The notes beneath the pieces are model-generated. The model saw nothing but the letters and a program-made list of their open reading frames with translations, made no database searches and was not told the origin of the DNA. A program made the position numbers and the translations under genes. Of a stretch of 64,000 nucleotides of DNA, positions 1 through 9,444 are shown in pieces. Source of the DNA: Chloroflexota bacterium (lineage in GTDB: Bacteria > Chloroflexota > Dehalococcoidia > Lucifugimonadales > UBA3495); the NCBI GenBank assembly GCA_028874075.1, contig JAPPLU010000090.1, positions 29,675-93,674 on the forward strand, read 5' to 3'. The number at the start of each line of letters is the position of its first letter. The first letter of the stretch is position 1.

Positions 1-1244
1 AGACGGTTGTACTTGGCAACGCGTTCCGACCTTGCCGGCGCGCCGGTCTTGATCTGACCTACGTTCCACCCTACGGCGAGATCTGCGATGGTAGTGTCTT
101 CCGTCTCGCCGGAACGGTGACTCATAACCGCGCCCCAGCCAGCATCCCGCGTCATTTGTAAAGCTTGAAGGGTCTCGGTTAGCGTACCAATCTGATTGGG
201 TTTTAGCAATACCGAATTGCCTGCGCCCTCATCAACGCCCCGGCGGATGCGGGAAATGTTGGTTACGAAAAGGTCATCGCCAACCAATTGCGCCGCTCCT
301 CCCAGGCGTCGCGTCAACTCAGTCCAGCCTTCCCAGTCGTCCTCATCCAGCCCATCCTCAATGCTGACGATGGGATAGGACTGCCTCCATTCAGCGTAGA
401 GGTCTATTAACTGCCCGGCATCCAACGTCCGCCCTTCCCGCTCCAGCACATACTGCCCCGATTCCCGGTCGTAAAGTTCAGAGGCAGCCACGTCCAAAGT
501 CAAGAACACATCCCGGCCCGGGACATACCCGGCGGCCTCAATGGCTTTCAGCACCACTTCGATGGCGTCCCTGTTGGATGGCAGCGACGGAGCGAATCCC
601 CCTTCGTCGCCTACGTTCAAATTATGTCCATCGGCTCGCAGCAGGCCCTTCAAAGCCTGGTATATTTCGCTGCCAGCTCGCAGGGCATCTGAAAAAGCAG
701 GCAGGCCTGCCGGAGAGACCATGAATTCCTGGATGTCGGCTGAGTTGGAAGCATGGCGACCGCCGTTAAGTATGTTAAACATGGGTGCCGGCAGGCTTAC
801 AGTGTCGTTTACCGCCAGATACCGCCACAGTTCTCCCTCCGCATCAGGCCAAGCCGTGGACGCCGCCCGCGCCGTTGCCATGGACACTGCCAGAATGGCA
901 TTGGCCCCAACCCGGCTCTTTGCCGGAGTGCCGTCCAGGTCCAGCATGGCCTGGTCTATAGCCGACTGGTCAAAGGGAGACCGCCCGGCCAGGGCCGGAC
1001 CCAAAATACTTTCGATGTTGGCCACGGCCTGCAACACACCGGAACCGCCGAAATTGCTTCCGTCGCCGTCGCGCAACTCCAGAGCCTCATGGGTGCCCGT
1101 GCTGGCGCCCGATGGTACCAGGGCGTGGGCCTTAACCCCGTTGGACAGGCGCACCTCCGCCTCCACCGTAGGGTTGCCCCTGGAATCCAGCGCCTGACGG
1201 CCCCGTATCTCGGCTATGACTGCATTGGCGTCCTGCCCGGTCAT
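1..1244 (-). CDS. eno: Enolase (3' end runs off the window)
   Basis: Not in the ORF track. Manual translation from ATG at 1244 gives MTGQDANAVIAEIRGRQALDSRGNPTVEAEV, and the frame ends ...SHRSGETED...GQIKTGAPARSERVAKYNR at the window edge. These are canonical enolase motifs. Confidence 0.97.
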   Translation of the reverse strand, partial: MTGQDANAVIAEIRGRQALDSRGNPTVEAEVRLSNGVKAHALVPSGASTGTHEALELRDGDGSNFGGSGVLQAVANIESILGPALAGRSPFDQSAIDQAMLDLDGTPAKSRVGANAILAVSMATARAASTAWPDAEGELWRYLAVNDTVSLPAPMFNILNGGRHASNSADIQEFMVSPAGLPAFSDALRAGSEIYQALKGLLRADGHNLNVGDEGGFAPSLPSNRDAIEVVLKAIEAAGYVPGRDVFLTLDVAASELYDRESGQYVLEREGRTLDAGQLIDLYAEWRQSYPIVSIEDGLDEDDWEGWTELTRRLGGAAQLVGDDLFVTNISRIRRGVDEGAGNSVLLKPNQIGTLTETLQALQMTRDAGWGAVMSHRSGETEDTTIADLAVGWNVGQIKTGAPARSERVAKYNR

Positions 1245-1350
1245 CTGTCTTGAAATCTCCCCTTAAAATGGGATTTGCGAATCGGATTGAGTTTCAATCC
1301 GGACCTATCCCTTGCTCAGTCTATCGAATCCGAAACCTGGGAAACGCCGG

Positions 1351-1845
1351 CTAAATAATCACCCCGGAAGCATTTTGCGCCGCTTCCATTGCCTTGTTCA
1401 CGGCATCCACCGGGTCGGTTGCCGATATCATGCCGTCGACAATGGGGTCTCCATCACCCTTGACCGTCAGCTCCCAGGTGTTTAGTGCTATGACCGGAAT
1501 CTTGGCGTCCATCGCGTAGCCTATTTCCGACAGTGTGCCAAATGCGCCGCCAATGGCAATGCAGGCTTCGCCGGAATGTACGACGATAATGTTCCGGGCG
1601 TAACCCAAAGTGGTGAAAATAGGTATATCAATATAGGAATTGAATGGAGAGCCTCGTCTTCCCGGCAAGATTCCGATAGTGGTGCCGCCCTCTGTCTTGG
1701 CGCCTCGGCAGACCGCCTCCATCACGCCGGTCATGCCACCGCAGGCAACCATTATCCCCCGCCGCGCCAGTTCCCGACCCACTTCCTCGGCCAGGGCAGC
1801 GTGTTCCGGCTTCGCCGTGCTGCTCCCGATAACTGAGATAATCAT
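1351..1845 (-). CDS. TIGR00725/LOG-like (SLOG) nucleotide-binding protein
   Basis: Motifs ACGGMTGVMEA, GILPG, ARNIIVV and IGGAFGTLSEI. Confidence 0.85.
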   Translation of the reverse strand: MIISVIGSSTAKPEHAALAEEVGRELARRGIMVACGGMTGVMEAVCRGAKTEGGTTIGILPGRRGSPFNSYIDIPIFTTLGYARNIIVVHSGEACIAIGGAFGTLSEIGYAMDAKIPVIALNTWELTVKGDGDPIVDGMISATDPVDAVNKAMEAAQNASGVII

Positions 1846-1863
1846 GAATAATCGCCTTCTCGG

Positions 1864-2373
1864 CTATGATGCCGATGTGTTCAGGCTCTTGGCCTGCACC
1901 CATTCTTCGTAGTTCTGCTGCATATATTCAATGTGCTCAGCCACATGCCTTTCGTAGACGTCGAGCCAGTTTTCCAGGGTCATGTCCCCGTTATCTGGAT
2001 GGTAGCAAGTGTTGGACCAGACGGATTCGGGCAGGTCTTTGATCAGCTCATAGGTCTGCCGGCGCAATATCCGGAACAATTCCACCGCTCCTGCGGTATC
2101 GATCGAATGATAGTCCAGCGCCGAAGCCCACCGATTCTCATCGTACGCCATCAGGTCCATTCCCGGTTCGGCAATCATTCGCCTGCACCGAATGTAGCTG
2201 TTAACCTCGCTGTCGGCAATGTGTATTACGTGCTCGTGAATGCTCCAGCACCCGTGCTCATCACGGAACAGCCACATCTCCCGGGGAAATCGCTTCAGCG
2301 CAGCATCCAGCACGGATGCTGCGTTACCGTAGGATTCCAGCTTGCGATTGCGGATTTCGGGGTCCAAATGCAA
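1864..2373 (-). CDS. DinB/YfiT family protein
   Basis: WSIHEHVIHIADSE, AYDENRWA and C-terminal HVAEH metal-binding His pattern. Confidence 0.85.
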   Translation of the reverse strand: MHLDPEIRNRKLESYGNAASVLDAALKRFPREMWLFRDEHGCWSIHEHVIHIADSEVNSYIRCRRMIAEPGMDLMAYDENRWASALDYHSIDTAGAVELFRILRRQTYELIKDLPESVWSNTCYHPDNGDMTLENWLDVYERHVAEHIEYMQQNYEEWVQAKSLNTSAS

Positions 2374-2384
2374 TCCCCCTGAGG

Positions 2385-3977
2385 CTAGCTCCCAGGCAAA
2401 ATGGCCGCGCTGGCGCTTTCGACCAGTTCGAGCAGTGGCGCCGGATAGACGCCCAGCGCGATTGTGGCTACCAACCCGATTCCTACTACCGCTATCAACG
2501 CCGGGGACGGCCTTGGCAGTGGCACATAGTCGGAGGCAGGTTCGTGGTGAGCAGGAGTATGAAGGTGTTCCTCCGCTTCCGCCTCCGGTCGGGCTTCGAT
2601 GCCTTCTTCCCCGGACCGGTGCTCATCGCCCTCAGCCGGCGCCGCCAGCGCGGGCTGGATATACATTTGCCGTATGACTTGCAGATAGTAATAAAGGGAA
2701 ATCAGGCTCGTAAAAATTGCAAGCCCTGCCAGCCACAGGTACCCCTCATTGGCGACGGCAGTGAACAGGTAGAACTTGATCGTAAACCCCACGAAGATGG
2801 GCAGGCCGCTCAGGGAAAACAGCCCAATGGCAATGGCCATAGCCAGGAAAGGCTGCCGGTCAGCCAGTCCCGCCAAATCCGGTATTTCATCCTGCCCTGT
2901 GGCATTGAAGAAAGCAATCAGGGCCGCAAAAACCACCATGCTGGTAACCGAGTAACCCACCAGGTAGAAAATAACGCCGTTGGCCCCCAGCAACGAGTCC
3001 TGCGCCAACACCGCAGTACCGGCCAGGAGATAGCCCACATGCCCCACGCTGGAGTAGGCCATCAGCCGCTTCAGATTACGCTGCGCCAGGGCCACCAGGT
3101 TGCCCACCAGCATGGAAAGGGCCGCCATAACCACCAGGATAATCTGCCACTGGTCCCACCGGTCCCCCGCCGGCACGAAGGCCTCTGCCAGCAGCCTCAG
3201 CACCAGGGCAAAGGCTGCCGCCTTGGAAGCGATTGCCAGGTAAGCTGTAACCGGCAAGGGAGCGCCCTCGTATGCGTCCGGCGCCCACATGTGGAAGGGC
3301 ACCGCCGCCAGCTTGAACCCCAATCCGGCCACAATCAGCGCCAGCCCGGCCCACAGGGCGGGACTAACGACTTCACCCTCCATCAAGGCCTCTGCTATTG
3401 CCTCGAACCTGGTAACCCCTAATGTGCTGTAGACCATACTCAAGCCATAGAGCAGAATGGCCGAAGACAGGGCACCGATAATGATGTACTTCAGGCTACC
3501 CTCATTGGATTTTGGGTTGCCCAGGGCGTATGCCACCATCACGTACAGGCTGAAACTCAGCAACTCCAGCGAAATGTAGGCCGTCAGCAATTCCCGGGAC
3601 ATGGCCATCAAGTTCATCCCCAAGATGGAGAACAGCAAAAGACCGTAAAATTCCCCGGGGTGGTTGAGGTATTTTTTGACGTAGTCAATGGAGCTTAGAA
3701 TGATGAAGACGCCGATTCCGCAGAAGAAGACTTTGAAGAACAAGGAATAAGCATCCACCGCCAGCAGCCCGTTGTACAGGGACTCGTTCTCCCCGGCCAG
3801 CATCAGAACCGACAGGACGGCCAGCCCGACCAGTCCCAGCGCCGACAACCAGCCCAGCAGGTCCTTATGCTCGTCCGACAGCAGCAGGTCCAGGACGAAC
3901 ACAAGCAGGGCAAAGCCCGCCAGCACGAACTCGGGCGTCAGTAGATGCAGGTTTGCAGTCAGGTTCTCAGCAGTCAC
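2385..3977 (-). CDS. nuoN: NADH-quinone oxidoreductase subunit N
   Basis: Antiporter-like membrane protein with FKLAAVPFHMWAPDAYEGAP and KRLMAYSSVGH; last gene of the nuo operon. Confidence 0.95.
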   Translation of the reverse strand: MTAENLTANLHLLTPEFVLAGFALLVFVLDLLLSDEHKDLLGWLSALGLVGLAVLSVLMLAGENESLYNGLLAVDAYSLFFKVFFCGIGVFIILSSIDYVKKYLNHPGEFYGLLLFSILGMNLMAMSRELLTAYISLELLSFSLYVMVAYALGNPKSNEGSLKYIIIGALSSAILLYGLSMVYSTLGVTRFEAIAEALMEGEVVSPALWAGLALIVAGLGFKLAAVPFHMWAPDAYEGAPLPVTAYLAIASKAAAFALVLRLLAEAFVPAGDRWDQWQIILVVMAALSMLVGNLVALAQRNLKRLMAYSSVGHVGYLLAGTAVLAQDSLLGANGVIFYLVGYSVTSMVVFAALIAFFNATGQDEIPDLAGLADRQPFLAMAIAIGLFSLSGLPIFVGFTIKFYLFTAVANEGYLWLAGLAIFTSLISLYYYLQVIRQMYIQPALAAPAEGDEHRSGEEGIEARPEAEAEEHLHTPAHHEPASDYVPLPRPSPALIAVVGIGLVATIALGVYPAPLLELVESASAAILPGS

Positions 3978-3994
3978 AACAGTCCATTCAGGGC

Positions 3995-5557
3995 CTAAAA
4001 CAGCTTCATTACCGAATCGACACCCACGTTAATCACCCGGGTCAACGGCGCCGGCCATACGCCCACGAACAGCAGTATCAACACGAAAGCGGCGCCCACC
4101 GATTTTTCCACAGGGCTGGCGTCGTTCAAGCCTTCCCACCTAGGGTCCGGCTCGCCAAAGAAGGTTCGAGCGAGCAGCCGCAAAATATAGATGGCCGTCA
4201 GCGCGGCGCCAAACACCGCCAGCACAGCCAGCGGCAAGTAAGTCTTAAAGACGCCGACGAACACCATGAACTCCGCCACAAACCCGCTCAACCCCGGCAA
4301 CCCCAGGGATGCCAGGCCGGCGATGGCGAAGAAAAAGCTTGTATAACCCATCCGTTTCATCAACCCGTTCAAGACGGTAATGTCGCGGATGTGGGTGCGT
4401 TCGTAAATGGCGCCTACCATAGCAAACATCAGGGCAGTCATTATTCCGTGGGAAAACATTTGCAACACCGCGCCGGCCAGGCCCACCGGGTGCAAGGTAG
4501 CTATTCCCATGATCACGTAACCCATGTGGCTGACACTGGAATAGCCAATGATGTACTTCAGGTCCCGCTGTGACATGGCCGATATCGCCCCGTACACCAC
4601 GTTCACGGTGCCCAGGACAATCAACACCGGCATCCAGGCCTCGGCTCCTTCCGGGAGCAAGACCATTCCCACGCGGATAATGCCGAAGGCGCCCAGCTTC
4701 ATCAGCACTCCGGCGTGCAGCATGCTCACTCCGGTTGGCGCCGCCACGTGACCGTCGGGTGACCAGGTGTGGAAAGGCCACAGGCCGGCCAGAACCCCGA
4801 ACCCGATCATAAACAGAGGGAAAACCCAGTTCTGGAAAGCCGGACTGAAGGCCCCTTGCTCGGCCAGAACACCCAGCTCAACCATGGAGAATGTGGGACT
4901 GCCCTCCTGGGCGGCCGCCACGTACATTGCCAGGATGCCGATCCAGATAAGCACGCTGCCGGCCACCAGGACCAGCATCAGCTTCATCGCCCCGTATTCC
5001 TTGGGACGGTTGTATGAGCCCAGATCGAAGGGTATCGGTATTCCCCACAGCCGTTGCCGGTCGGGATCAAATATGGTGCTGCTGCCCCATACCCCGATAA
5101 GCAGATACATGGGAAGCACTGCAAGCTCGTAGAAGAAGAACAGGAAGAACAGGTCCTGGACTACAAAGACACCGAACACGCCGGACCCCAGGGCCAGCAA
5201 AAGCACAAAGAAGTCCCTCGACCGGTGCTTAATGGTCTGAGATATCAAGACGGCCCCGAACAACACTATGCCGTTAAGCAATACCAGCGTAGCTGCAATG
5301 CCGTCCATGGCCAGGTGAAGGTCAATGTTCAGGGGAGCGTCCAACCACTCGTAAATGCGCTGGAACTGGTAGCCACCGGCGCCGAAGTCGTACCGGACGA
5401 ACAGCGCCACCGAGATAAGCAGGGTGATAGCCGACACGAAGATGGCGAAGTACCAGGCATCGTTGGGACGGTTCCTTGGCAGGAACATAGACAATCCGGC
5501 GCCGGCCAGCGGCACCAGGATGGTCAACAACAGTGCTGATTGATCAAAACTGTTCAT
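3995..5557 (-). CDS. nuoM: NADH-quinone oxidoreductase subunit M
   Basis: WPFHTWSPDGHVAAPT, LMKLGAFG and YSSVSHMG motifs; operon position. Confidence 0.95.
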   Translation of the reverse strand: MNSFDQSALLLTILVPLAGAGLSMFLPRNRPNDAWYFAIFVSAITLLISVALFVRYDFGAGGYQFQRIYEWLDAPLNIDLHLAMDGIAATLVLLNGIVLFGAVLISQTIKHRSRDFFVLLLALGSGVFGVFVVQDLFFLFFFYELAVLPMYLLIGVWGSSTIFDPDRQRLWGIPIPFDLGSYNRPKEYGAMKLMLVLVAGSVLIWIGILAMYVAAAQEGSPTFSMVELGVLAEQGAFSPAFQNWVFPLFMIGFGVLAGLWPFHTWSPDGHVAAPTGVSMLHAGVLMKLGAFGIIRVGMVLLPEGAEAWMPVLIVLGTVNVVYGAISAMSQRDLKYIIGYSSVSHMGYVIMGIATLHPVGLAGAVLQMFSHGIMTALMFAMVGAIYERTHIRDITVLNGLMKRMGYTSFFFAIAGLASLGLPGLSGFVAEFMVFVGVFKTYLPLAVLAVFGAALTAIYILRLLARTFFGEPDPRWEGLNDASPVEKSVGAAFVLILLFVGVWPAPLTRVINVGVDSVMKLF

Positions 5558-5575
5558 AGGTACGATAACTTCCGG

Positions 5576-7519
5576 CTACCTGGAAACCAGCCACCAGAAT
5601 ATGGCCAGCCCAATCAGGCCCAAAGCCATTGCCAGGGCATAGGTGTAGACATACCCGGTAACGTGGTATTTGAGCCGGTCGCCTAGCACCCTGGTGATGT
5701 CCCCCGGCCCGTTGATACCCACGTCGTTCACCAGCGCCCGGTCCACCCAGGCGATGAATCGGGACAAGGAAAGCACGACCCGGTCCACCGTCCACTGATA
5801 AATCTCATCTACGTAGTATTTGTTCTCCGCCACCTCCAGGACCCGCGCAAAGGTTCCCCGGGTTCCATCCAAGTTGATGCTCCGTCGGGCGTAAGCCAGG
5901 TAACCGAAGATGAACGCGGCAATCGCCAACAAGGTAGAAAGGCCCATCACCCAGGCTACCACGACCAGCCCGTGCCCTTCGTGGTAGAAGATAAAGTAGC
6001 CGATACCCTTGAACGGCCCAGGCAAATCAAGCGCCAGCAGGCCAAATACAATAGCAAACACGGCCAGTAATCCCATGGTGATGGACATGGTTTTTGGCGC
6101 ATCATGGACGTGCTCAAACTGCTCGGCAAACCTTCCGTAGAAGACCACGAACATGGCTCGGGCCATGTAAAGAGCGCTGAACAACGCGGTCACCAGGGTC
6201 AGCACGATAAATATGACAGGAAGCTCCTTATTCACCGCCACCAGGATTTCATCCTTGCTCCAGAAACCGGCAAGAATAGGAATCCCGCCAAGGGAAAGTG
6301 CCCCTATTGAAAACAGGATAGCGGTGACCGGCATTACCCTCCGCAGGCCGCCCATCTGCCGCACGTCCAATTCATCAGTGCTGTGCATCACGCTGCCGGC
6401 GCCCAGGAACAATAGGGCCTTGGCAAACCCATGGGCCAGCAGGTGGAATACAGCCGCCGTATATCCGAACGCCCCCAAAGACAGCATCATAAGCCCCAGG
6501 TGGCTGATGGTCGAATAGGCCAGTATGCGTTTCAAGTCCGTCGCCACCAGGGCGATGGTCGCCGCCCCAAGGGCCGTTATCAGGCCAATGGTAGCCACCA
6601 CCAGCATAGCGGTGTCCGAAGCGCTGAACAGTGGGAAGGCCCTGGCCACCAGGTATACCCCGGCCGCCACCATCGTAGCCGCGTGTATCAGCGCGCTCAC
6701 CGGCGTGGGACCCTCCATAGCATCGGGCAACCAAACGTGGAAGGGGAACTGGGCCGACTTGCCCATAGCTCCAAGGAACAGCAGCAGAGCAGACACCGTA
6801 ATCACGCCGTCGCTCAACACCCCATTTTCTATGGCGGCAAAGGTCTCGGTCATGCTGAAACTGCCCACCTGGCTCCACAGCAACAGGATGCCCACAAGCA
6901 GGCCCACATCACCAATGCGGGTAACTATAAACGCCTTCTTGGCAGCCTCTCGGGGTTCGGGCCGCTCATGCCAGAAGCCGATCAACAGATAGGAACACAA
7001 GCCCACCAGTTCCCATGCCACGTACAACAGCAGGAAGTTGTCGGCCAAAACCAGCGTAAGCATGGAAGCTATGAACAGAGCGTGGAAAGCGTAGTACCAG
7101 TCCAGCCGGGGATCAAAATTGCCGTCATGGTCCCTCATGTAGCCCAACGAGTAAATCTGGACCATTAGGGCAACGAAAGTGGCCAGTCCTAGCATCGCTA
7201 TCGTTAGCGGGTCGATGGTCATGCCCCAGGCGACTTCTATCCGGTCGTGGTTGCTGGTGTCCGCCCCCGGGATGCCCGCCTCAAACCAGGTTATCTTGAA
7301 ATTGCAGGTCAAGGCCTCGGTACCTACACCGATCTCGCACCCTTCCGTGTCGGGAGAAGCGGACAGGAATCCGGCAAAAACCACCCAGAAAATGGCAAAT
7401 CCCGCCAGGATTGCCAGAATCGCCAAGGGCGATCCCTTAGCTGGCAGGCGCTTGCCAAACAGGATAATGAGGGGGACAGCAGCAAAGCTGAGTACCGGGA
7501 TAAGCCAAGCCCACACCAT
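5576..7519 (-). CDS. nuoL: NADH-quinone oxidoreductase subunit L
   Basis: GKSAQFPFHVWLPDAMEGPTPVSALIHAATMV and GFWSKDEIL motifs. Confidence 0.96.
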   Translation of the reverse strand: MVWAWLIPVLSFAAVPLIILFGKRLPAKGSPLAILAILAGFAIFWVVFAGFLSASPDTEGCEIGVGTEALTCNFKITWFEAGIPGADTSNHDRIEVAWGMTIDPLTIAMLGLATFVALMVQIYSLGYMRDHDGNFDPRLDWYYAFHALFIASMLTLVLADNFLLLYVAWELVGLCSYLLIGFWHERPEPREAAKKAFIVTRIGDVGLLVGILLLWSQVGSFSMTETFAAIENGVLSDGVITVSALLLFLGAMGKSAQFPFHVWLPDAMEGPTPVSALIHAATMVAAGVYLVARAFPLFSASDTAMLVVATIGLITALGAATIALVATDLKRILAYSTISHLGLMMLSLGAFGYTAAVFHLLAHGFAKALLFLGAGSVMHSTDELDVRQMGGLRRVMPVTAILFSIGALSLGGIPILAGFWSKDEILVAVNKELPVIFIVLTLVTALFSALYMARAMFVVFYGRFAEQFEHVHDAPKTMSITMGLLAVFAIVFGLLALDLPGPFKGIGYFIFYHEGHGLVVVAWVMGLSTLLAIAAFIFGYLAYARRSINLDGTRGTFARVLEVAENKYYVDEIYQWTVDRVVLSLSRFIAWVDRALVNDVGINGPGDITRVLGDRLKYHVTGYVYTYALAMALGLIGLAIFWWLVSR

Positions 7520-7594
7520 ACTAGGGTTGGACCTCCCATCCCGTGCAAGAAAATGCGCCAGCAGAAGAATTGGCCGTGTTCAATCTATCCAGCC

Positions 7595-7915
7595 TTACCA
7601 TTTCATCAGGTTGATTTCGTCCACGTTCACCGTGGAGCGGTTGCGATACATACGCAGGATGATTGCCATTCCCAGGCCCACCTCCGCTGCGGCAACAGTA
7701 ATTACGAAGATGGCAATGATCTGGCCGTCAAAGTTGGCCCACTTGCCCATGCCGTCCAGATGGGATGCCGCCGCGATCAGGTTTATGTTGACTGCGTTCA
7801 GCATCAACTCGATTGACATCACGATCAACACCGCACTGCGGCGGGCCATAACCCCGTAAAGCCCAATGGCGAACAAGGCAGCGCTCAACACCTGGAATGC
7901 AACCAAAGGCACCAT
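7595..7915 (-). CDS. nuoK: NADH-quinone oxidoreductase subunit K
   Basis: SIELMLNAVNIN and VAAAEVGLG motifs. Confidence 0.95.
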   Translation of the reverse strand: MVPLVAFQVLSAALFAIGLYGVMARRSAVLIVMSIELMLNAVNINLIAAASHLDGMGKWANFDGQIIAIFVITVAAAEVGLGMAIILRMYRNRSTVNVDEINLMKW

Positions 7916-7918
7916 GAT

Positions 7919-8407
7919 CTACCGATTATCCTCTCCGGTGCGGGCAATAATAATGGCGCCAATCAGGGCAACCAGCAGCACCAGCGACGCTACCTCAAAG
8001 GGAATAGCCCAAGTAGTGAACAGGGAATTTGCCAAGTCGGCAAATGCAGGACTGTTGGGCGAAGTTTCGGGAATGTTATTGTCCAGGAATGCAGCGCCCA
8101 GCACCACACCCACCGCCGCAGCCGCCACGGCCGCCAGGGGCCACTGTTTGTTGTCGGAGATGTAAGGATATTCGGCCGTGCGCGTAAGCATTATGGCGAA
8201 GAGAAGCACGATGATGATGGCCCCGCCGTATATCAATACCTGTACGAGCGCCAGGAATTCAGCGAACAGGATCAGATACAGCCCCGCCACCGCCACCAGG
8301 GACACCAGCAAAAACAGAGCGGCATGAACCACGTTGCGGGTTACCACCACCCCCAGTCCGCCGGCCAGGGTGAAGAATGCCAGTATGATGAAAAGAAACC
8401 AGGACAC
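7919..8407 (-). CDS. nuoJ: NADH-quinone oxidoreductase subunit J
   Basis: AEFLALVQVLIYGGAI and PFEVASLVLLVALIGAI motifs. Confidence 0.93.
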   Translation of the reverse strand: MSWFLFIILAFFTLAGGLGVVVTRNVVHAALFLLVSLVAVAGLYLILFAEFLALVQVLIYGGAIIIVLLFAIMLTRTAEYPYISDNKQWPLAAVAAAAVGVVLGAAFLDNNIPETSPNSPAFADLANSLFTTWAIPFEVASLVLLVALIGAIIIARTGEDNR

Positions 8408-8539
8408 GGTCAGCGGCCCTCGCCGGACCCGCCGGCTGTTCCACAGCCCCGCTGGTCGGAAACAGCCTTCAATCTCGTGTCGGTAATGTAGGTATACCCG
8501 TAGTACATCGTATCCTATCGACAGTACTTGGTTTGCCAG

Positions 8540-8773
8540 CTATCGACCTGACCCAAACAGCCTTTTCAGCAGTCCCGGCTTCTTCTTTTGCAGAGGGGGC
8601 AATTCCCCCACCGAGGCCAGCAACCGGCAGGTGGCGCAGTTGCAGTTCCCAAGGTGTGCTCTGACCTTCTCCAGTTCCTGGGTTCTCCGCCGAGCCGGCT
8701 TAATTTTCCGTCTATTCAGGAATCTGTCGGTACATGCCTGGCACGTGCAATATGCCGCATGCTTGCCGGACAA
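8540..8773 (-). CDS. Small basic protein with two HxxxCxCxxC motifs (putative metal-binding); start uncertain
   Basis: HAAYCTCQAC and HLGNCNCATC, plus an amphipathic C-terminus GLLKRLFG. Co-oriented between nuoI and nuoJ. Confidence 0.65.
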   Translation of the reverse strand: MSGKHAAYCTCQACTDRFLNRRKIKPARRRTQELEKVRAHLGNCNCATCRLLASVGELPPLQKKKPGLLKRLFGSGR

Positions 8774-8859
8774 ATTCAGGTTTCGTTCGTCTTCTCGTTT
8801 GGGAATGAGTTTCCCTCTAGCCGGTTGCTGGATTGTGGCAACCTGGGGAAGAACCGTCC

Positions 8860-9423
8860 TTAGTCCGCTTCCTGTGCGGCTCCCGCGGGTTCAGCTTCTG
8901 CTGCTTTCGCGGCCTTGGCGGCATCCTCAGCGTCCTTCTTGGCCTTCGCCAGCACCGTTGGAGGAATCCACTTGGTTTCCCGTTGGTATTTCTGACCAAT
9001 TTCCAGCAATGCCGGAAGTGCCACCCGGTCCCCGTTACGTTCGTAAGTGCTCATTTCGTGTTCGTGGCTCATTACGATGGCGTCAAAGTTGCATAGCTCC
9101 ACGCAAATTCCGCAGAGTATGCAACGATTAAGGTTTATTTCAAAGTAGTCCACTATCTTCCGCCGGTGGCTCTGACCCTCCTGCTGCAGGGGGTTGTCCA
9201 TCATGCTGGCGGACATACACTGAGTAGGGCAGTTGCGAATGCAAACCATGCAGCCGGTGCAAAAGGGTTCTCCCACATCGCTGTCCCACGTCAACGCCGG
9301 AAACCCCATAAAGCGGGGCTGCACAGGTGTGGGGGTCTTCGGGTACTCCCGGGTTACGGGCTTCTTCAATCCCTGGAACGTGGAAGCCAGGGTTAACATC
9401 ATTCCCTTAACGCTGTTCAGCAT
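8860..9423 (-). CDS. nuoI: NADH-quinone oxidoreductase subunit I
   Basis: Two [4Fe-4S] motifs: CTGCMVCIRNCP and CILCGICVELC. Confidence 0.94.
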   Translation of the reverse strand: MLNSVKGMMLTLASTFQGLKKPVTREYPKTPTPVQPRFMGFPALTWDSDVGEPFCTGCMVCIRNCPTQCMSASMMDNPLQQEGQSHRRKIVDYFEINLNRCILCGICVELCNFDAIVMSHEHEMSTYERNGDRVALPALLEIGQKYQRETKWIPPTVLAKAKKDAEDAAKAAKAAEAEPAGAAQEAD

Positions 9424-9444
9424 CTTCCCAACTCCGGGTCTTGG

